Assembly: GCA_964416155.1 (NCBI GenBank)
Contig: CAYQCW010000005.1
Span: forward strand, 87,364 to 151,363
Reading direction: 5' to 3'
Source: an uncultured Nitrososphaerota archaeon
GTDB lineage: Archaea > Thermoproteota > EX4484-205 > JAAOZP01
DNA: 64,000 nt
The number at the start of each line of letters is the position of its first letter. The first letter of the stretch is position 1. The notes below the pieces were generated by a model. That model was given only the letters and a program-made list of their open reading frames with translations, was not told the DNA's origin and ran no database searches. Position numbers and translations under genes: made by a program. Shown in pieces: positions 58,968-64,000 of the stretch.

Positions 58968-59807
58968 CTAGACGCTCACCCCCGTGAAATACTTGTGGAC
59001 CCTTAGAAGCTGAATGGTTAAGCCTATTACTATAACTAGGCCAACCAGGCCGGCGGCGAAGTTTTCGAAAACCGGTGTTCCGATTGGCGATGGGGATGTG
59101 GAGGGCGGGGAGGCAGCGCAGATGATCTGCATTATCGACACAGGTATCTCGAGGAGCACGAGGGCGAGCACAACGTAGAAGAGCGGGCGTATAACCATTA
59201 GGAGGCCTATGGCGGAGAGTATTGAAAGAACTCCTATGAGCGTTGTTAAGACTGCTGGCGAAACCATTTCGAGTGGTGGTGGGAGCTCCGGCTGGATGAA
59301 GCCCATTGAAGAAACCACTGCGACGCCGAAGTTCCAGACAGCCCATATTATGAGCATTAGCGCGGTCATGGGGACTCCTTCAAGCTGGTAGCCTTCGAAG
59401 CTGAAGAACTCTTTTCTAGAGTATGTTTGCTTAACGCCCTGCTGCCTCATTCTGAGCCTCATCCTCGCAACCTCAAGGTTGAACCCGCAGTTTGGACAGA
59501 ACTTCAAATCCTCCCGGACCTGGGTGTTACAGTTCGGACACTTCTTTAAAACCACAGTCGTCTTAGCCGGAGCTGGCTTAGCCGCGCTCGGCTTTCGTGC
59601 AGCAGGCTTCTCAGGTTTTTTCACAGGAGTTTTAACAGGAGCCTTCTCGGGAGCATACTCCCCCAGTAAGTCTGGCCTACTCTCCTCAGCCTCTTCAAAA
59701 CCCTCCTCCGGGCCCCTTTTCGGAAGATGGAGGCCGCAGAGGCTGCAGAAATCGTCGTCTAAACCGACTGCGGCACCGCATCTCGGGCACGTTCCGCCTT
59801 GACTCAA
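58968..59807 (-). CDS. Double zinc-ribbon membrane protein
   Basis: CPRCG..FCSLCG and CPNC..FCPNCG, P/K/A linker, 4 TM. Confidence 0.85.
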   Translation of the reverse strand: MSQGGTCPRCGAAVGLDDDFCSLCGLHLPKRGPEEGFEEAEESRPDLLGEYAPEKAPVKTPVKKPEKPAARKPSAAKPAPAKTTVVLKKCPNCNTQVREDLKFCPNCGFNLEVARMRLRMRQQGVKQTYSRKEFFSFEGYQLEGVPMTALMLIIWAVWNFGVAVVSSMGFIQPELPPPLEMVSPAVLTTLIGVLSILSAIGLLMVIRPLFYVVLALVLLEIPVSIMQIICAASPPSTSPSPIGTPVFENFAAGLVGLVIVIGLTIQLLRVHKYFTGVSV

Positions 59808-59889
59808 CGCTGTTGCTTCTACGCCGCCCTGTTAAAAAAGGTTTCTAAACTATTAATCAAACGTAAAAAAAAGATAGGGTAGACTGCTC

Positions 59890-59925
59890 CAGAAGAGAGA
59901 AGAAAGAAAAAAAAGGAGAAAGAGA
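59890..59925 (-). terminator. Pyrimidine/T-tract terminator of the S-layer gene
   Basis: Minus strand TTTTTTTTCTTTCTTCTC after the stop at 59938. Confidence 0.6.
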
Positions 59926-59937
59926 GGGTAGAGTGTT

Positions 59938-62900
59938 CTACTTGGGTCCTGTTGGTGCTCCGAAGAGCTGCGGAAGCCTCTTACGCCTGTAGATGTGGTA
60001 CTCGTGTATCACGATTGCTAGCACTATTACGATGATGATGATCATCACTATGAACAGTAGGAACTGAGCCATGCTCATTCCCACTCCAAAGACCTCTATG
60101 AACACGTCTAGGTTAATGGTCTTAAGGGTGTCAGCAGTCAGGGATACTGAGTCGGTCTTGCTGAACTGGCCGTATGTTACCCCGATGTTGTAGCTCGCGT
60201 CTGGAAGCTCTATCTGAGCCTTGCCGTCCTTGTCGGTCAGCCTCGTAACCTCTACAGTGTCCTTCGTCACCCTCACCGTAGCGCCCTCCAGTGCCTGTCC
60301 CTGGGCACCGATCACCCTGATGGTTAAAACGTGCAGGTTGGTCGGGGTCAGGGTCACGGCGCCTGGTGCGGAAACTACGAGCGAGGGCAGTCTTAGAGCA
60401 GTGTCTAGCCATGATGCAGCAACACTGTATGATCCAGGCGGTATCTGAGGCACCATCACCTCTCCGGTTGCAGACGTTGCTCCAACGTCTACGCCGGCAA
60501 CCTTCACAGGAACACCGACTAAGGGCGCTCCCCTCGGGGTTAGGAGCCTCAGAGTAACATCGAAAACGGGTAGTGATATTGAGGTTTCAGTCTCGGTGAC
60601 GGAGGCGATTCCAGTAGCCTTCGTACCGTACTTGCTTGTCCACTCAACCTGTACGGAGTAGCTTGTTCCAGGCTTCAGAGGAACGTTTGAAAGCGTCGCA
60701 GTATTCGTCTCAACGCTGATTACTTTAGCAAGCTCTGTCTCCCAGCCGTACACCGGGTGTTTAGCCTTCACGCTCACACCGGTCAATGGTCTGCCAGCAG
60801 AGTCGGTGAAGCTAATCCTTAGATCCCTTACCGCAGCGCGGAACGTCTTCGCCTGGCTTGGACTATACTCAGCCACTGGAGCAAACGCCTCAGGCTCTAT
60901 GCCTAGGTATATGTACTGGTGCTGAGGCTCGTCAGTATAGCTGTCGAACACCACTGTTGAGAACACTGGGCCCAGGACCTCGCTGCACCCGGCGGGCTTG
61001 TAGTAAACTATGACATAGTATTTCCCGTAGAATCTTGCCCATCCTGATCTACCGTTGAAAGACACGTATTGAATATACTCGTCTCCAGCGGGCTGCGGTG
61101 GAACATTGTTTGAAACAGGGTTCCAATTCGGGTTTACCGGCTCACCTGTAAGCCTCTTATGCTCGTCAACCCAGTACCATCCTCTGAGAAGGTTGAACCC
61201 TACGTCAACCCTGTCACCTGGCTCAATCTTCAAGTGTTCAGCAGCATTGCCGGCTCCGACGAACAGTGTTCCAGCATGGCCATACTTGTCGGTTATCGCC
61301 GCGGTCACGTTGCCCCTCGTGTAGGCGTCGATGACGTAGACCCATGCTTTCTCCAAAGGCCTCCCGTCTTCGGTCAGTATTGTTACACTGAGCCTCGCAG
61401 GCCAGTCTAGGTAAACTATTTGCGAAATCCAGTCAACATCTCCACCTTCCAGCCGCTTGACGAGGAACTGCGGGTCGTTCAGCTTGAGCAGAGCGTTGGT
61501 CATCCCTTTGGTCAGGTTTTCAGTACTGACTGTGAAGTCGTAGATGCCCCAGAGTATGTTGCCCGGCGTTGACCTCAAGTAGAGTATGTAGTAGTCAGTC
61601 GGGTCAGCGTTCGGCTTCGTCGGGGTCCAGTCCTCCACCAGCACCCTTCTGTCCGCTATCTTAACGCCGCCAACGAATATGGCCTCCCTTGTTATCGTCA
61701 CCTTCTGGTTCGGCAACCCTACTTTAACAAGGTTCCTCACCACCACGCCTATGTCGTTCGCTATAAGTCTCTCTTCAGCCTTGGCGTAGCAGTTCGCAGC
61801 CGGCTGAGGCGGTGAAACCGTTTTGCCTGTCTCGCTGTCGGGAGTCCTGTGCTGGTATGCTCCTCCTGAGAGCATGCCTACTCCAGCCCACCACTTATAC
61901 TTGTAGGCAGCGCGGTATGTCGTGTTGCGCGAGACACCGTCCCTGTAGACTACGTCGCCGTTCAAGTAGGTTAGTTTGACCCTGGTTGCCTCCCAGGTCT
62001 TCGTAGCAGGGTTAACCAGGCCGGTTGCGTTCATAGCATGCTGTATCCACCTGCCGTATGTTGAGGCGTCTAGCACTCCAACCAGCCTGGGAACATCTTT
62101 GTCGGGAATGTTGTTCGTCAAACCGGGCACGGTTGTGAAGTTCGCGTAGACAGGTGTCCCGAAGAGTGTACCTGTTCTCTTTAATGCTGAAGCAGTCCGC
62201 AGGTTTATTGCGAGCGGTCCCGCGGTCTTGTTCCACGGGTTCCTAGGTCCTCCCGCATGATTAGCGAGGTTCGGGTCAGCAATATCAGCCAGTGTCCACG
62301 TGTATATCTTCGAGGTTACGCTGTAGTTCCAGACGGGTATGAGGAAGGTTGCTTTACCAGCAGAGTCGGTCAGGGCAGACTCTACGACAACCATGCTGCT
62401 GAAGTAGGGCGGAACAGGCTGGAAAGGTATGTTCTCCAAGTATGTCGACACCACCTGCGCGGGTCCCCACAGCCTTTTGACGACGCTCATGTTGAAGCCT
62501 TTTTCAAGCTTGCTCGCGTTCAGAAGCGAGAACTCTATGGGCGCGGTCTCGTAGGTCAAGTGTTTCGTCGGCCACCATGTGACGTTAAGCCCTGCCCAGA
62601 ACACTGTCACCCTAATGTTGGCTATTCCGAAGATTGCCCCGCCTTTAAGCGGGTCGTTCGTAACCCTGAACACGTACGGGTAGACCGACGTTGTCAAAGC
62701 TTGCTCCTTGCCAACGTACGGGTTGATAAGCTTCGTCGAAGCGTTGTAGACTAGGACACCCTTGTAGTACACCATGAACCTGTACTCCGGCGCGGTCTTC
62801 TTCACCGGAGAGGCTACTTCAGCGATCTGCCATGTGCCGGCGCTCTCGCCTATCAGGTACCTGCTCTGGTTCGGGTATTTCTTGGCATCCCATCCGGTGG

Positions 62901-64000
62901 TCGGGTTCCACAGGTCTGGGTCTTTCGGCGGCGAAATGCGGGTTGCGTTGACCGAGCTGATGGTTACGACGCCATTCTTGTCGGTAGCGTTCTTCCTAAC
63001 CAGGTAAGCGTTGTAGGGTGCGGGAACTACTCCGGTGGGCACACCTATGGTAACCAGCGACGTCGGGTCTATCTGCTGCCTTAAGTAGAGCAGGTTTCCG
63101 GTGTCCCACGGCTCCGCGAGTATTAACGCGGAGTTCATGGTCGCGTCGAAGACGAGTGGTGCTCCGCAAGCAGTCTTTAGAGCAATCTTCGGATCGTACA
63201 CGTAGGTGTAAACTATGTACGGGCTGGTTCTCCCGTAGCACTTGTCGAGGCGGAGCGGCTTGTTCCACGGGTCTCCGCTCCAGTAGAGGGTCGCGTTAGC
63301 ATCGATGGCCCTGAAGCCGGCGTTCACAGCCTTCTGCGGATCGCTTGGAACGTTAACCCATATCCAGTAGTCCTTCTCAGGCAGGTACGTCCAGGATGGG
63401 CGCTTGTCCCAAGTGCTCGTCTGAGTGTCAGTACGATAGTATATTACTGGGAACCCATACGGGTCTGTTCCAGTCCTGTATACCACCCATCCGGGTGGAA
63501 GAACATAGGAGTAGGCTATGTTTTTCGGATCAGTTATCTGGTCGAGCTGCCTCTTGGTTATGCCTATTCCTGGAGCTATGCCGAACTCGCTTTTAGAGAA
63601 CAGTGTCACGTTAACGTTAATCAGCCTGAACGGGTCCTGGCTCCAAGGGTCTACGGATAGGTTCCAAAGCCTATAGTAGAGCTGGATGTTCCTCATGTTT
63701 CCAGTAAGCCTAATCGGCTCAGTGAGCGGTATGTCTGTCCCGTTGTCGAGGCGATAGAGTATCTTGTAGGGTCTTAAGAGGCTCATCTGCCAGACTATTG
63801 CGAAGACGCTGTAGTTTCCCGCCGGAGCCTTAACGATGTCAACCTTGCCGTCTGTAACACTCTTAGGACCGATCAGCTGCTCGAACACCGGGTTCGGATG
63901 CTTGAAGAAGAACGGCACCCCGGTTGGAGCATCCATCTTCAACCCGCATGACTCGAGGATTATGCGGAACCCAAGCTCGTATATTTTAAGAGTGAAGTTG
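59938..64000 (-). CDS. Large S-layer-like cell-surface glycoprotein (5' end outside the window)
   Basis: >1334 aa; many N-x-S/T sequons; carboxypeptidase-regulatory-like beta repeats (G.PL.GA.V); C-terminal TM plus HEYHIYRRKR; strong codon bias. Confidence 0.88.
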   Translation of the reverse strand, partial: NFTLKIYELGFRIILESCGLKMDAPTGVPFFFKHPNPVFEQLIGPKSVTDGKVDIVKAPAGNYSVFAIVWQMSLLRPYKILYRLDNGTDIPLTEPIRLTGNMRNIQLYYRLWNLSVDPWSQDPFRLINVNVTLFSKSEFGIAPGIGITKRQLDQITDPKNIAYSYVLPPGWVVYRTGTDPYGFPVIYYRTDTQTSTWDKRPSWTYLPEKDYWIWVNVPSDPQKAVNAGFRAIDANATLYWSGDPWNKPLRLDKCYGRTSPYIVYTYVYDPKIALKTACGAPLVFDATMNSALILAEPWDTGNLLYLRQQIDPTSLVTIGVPTGVVPAPYNAYLVRKNATDKNGVVTISSVNATRISPPKDPDLWNPTTGWDAKKYPNQSRYLIGESAGTWQIAEVASPVKKTAPEYRFMVYYKGVLVYNASTKLINPYVGKEQALTTSVYPYVFRVTNDPLKGGAIFGIANIRVTVFWAGLNVTWWPTKHLTYETAPIEFSLLNASKLEKGFNMSVVKRLWGPAQVVSTYLENIPFQPVPPYFSSMVVVESALTDSAGKATFLIPVWNYSVTSKIYTWTLADIADPNLANHAGGPRNPWNKTAGPLAINLRTASALKRTGTLFGTPVYANFTTVPGLTNNIPDKDVPRLVGVLDASTYGRWIQHAMNATGLVNPATKTWEATRVKLTYLNGDVVYRDGVSRNTTYRAAYKYKWWAGVGMLSGGAYQHRTPDSETGKTVSPPQPAANCYAKAEERLIANDIGVVVRNLVKVGLPNQKVTITREAIFVGGVKIADRRVLVEDWTPTKPNADPTDYYILYLRSTPGNILWGIYDFTVSTENLTKGMTNALLKLNDPQFLVKRLEGGDVDWISQIVYLDWPARLSVTILTEDGRPLEKAWVYVIDAYTRGNVTAAITDKYGHAGTLFVGAGNAAEHLKIEPGDRVDVGFNLLRGWYWVDEHKRLTGEPVNPNWNPVSNNVPPQPAGDEYIQYVSFNGRSGWARFYGKYYVIVYYKPAGCSEVLGPVFSTVVFDSYTDEPQHQYIYLGIEPEAFAPVAEYSPSQAKTFRAAVRDLRISFTDSAGRPLTGVSVKAKHPVYGWETELAKVISVETNTATLSNVPLKPGTSYSVQVEWTSKYGTKATGIASVTETETSISLPVFDVTLRLLTPRGAPLVGVPVKVAGVDVGATSATGEVMVPQIPPGSYSVAASWLDTALRLPSLVVSAPGAVTLTPTNLHVLTIRVIGAQGQALEGATVRVTKDTVEVTRLTDKDGKAQIELPDASYNIGVTYGQFSKTDSVSLTADTLKTINLDVFIEVFGVGMSMAQFLLFIVMIIIIVIVLAIVIHEYHIYRRKRLPQLFGAPTGPK

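Noticed and set aside
60131-63596. Numerous short ORFs overlapping the S-layer gene
   Set aside because: Shadow ORFs caused by strong codon bias
1-64000. tRNA, rRNA, CRISPR array, integrase or transposase
   Set aside because: No cloverleaf/T-loop context, regular repeat-spacer pattern or recombinase motifs seen by eye; a covariance-model scan could still find small RNAs

Overview
Archaeal chromosome segment, most likely a TACK-type, probably thermophilic lineage (Nop5/fibrillarin, S26e, archaeal ThrS/ProS, GPN GTPase, Lhr, presenilin-like protease, large S-layer gene). Most of it is housekeeping DNA; I found no tRNA, rRNA, CRISPR array, integrase or transposase. Main observations: (1) a compact Smc5/6-like ATPase with a divergent kleisin-like plus Nse1/3-kite-like gene pair; (2) an unannotated 45-aa H1-tail-like PAKKAKK protein with its own promoter and terminator; (3) at least four decayed copies of an apparently unnamed cassette family. 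The inferred layout is a Cys-rich/TGT-like/phosphoesterase gene, a PD-(D/E)XK fragment and an immunity-like gene. Some copies sit next to diverged duplicates of host gene starts; (4) GCGCGC(GC) tracts that I saw only in intergenic or pseudogene DNA, several at fragment junctions; (5) an AT-rich intein with HTH and LAGLIDADG motifs in nrdD; (6) a 17-bp palindromic operator in front of two vitamin-uptake-type genes. All calls come from reading motifs by eye; no searches were run.
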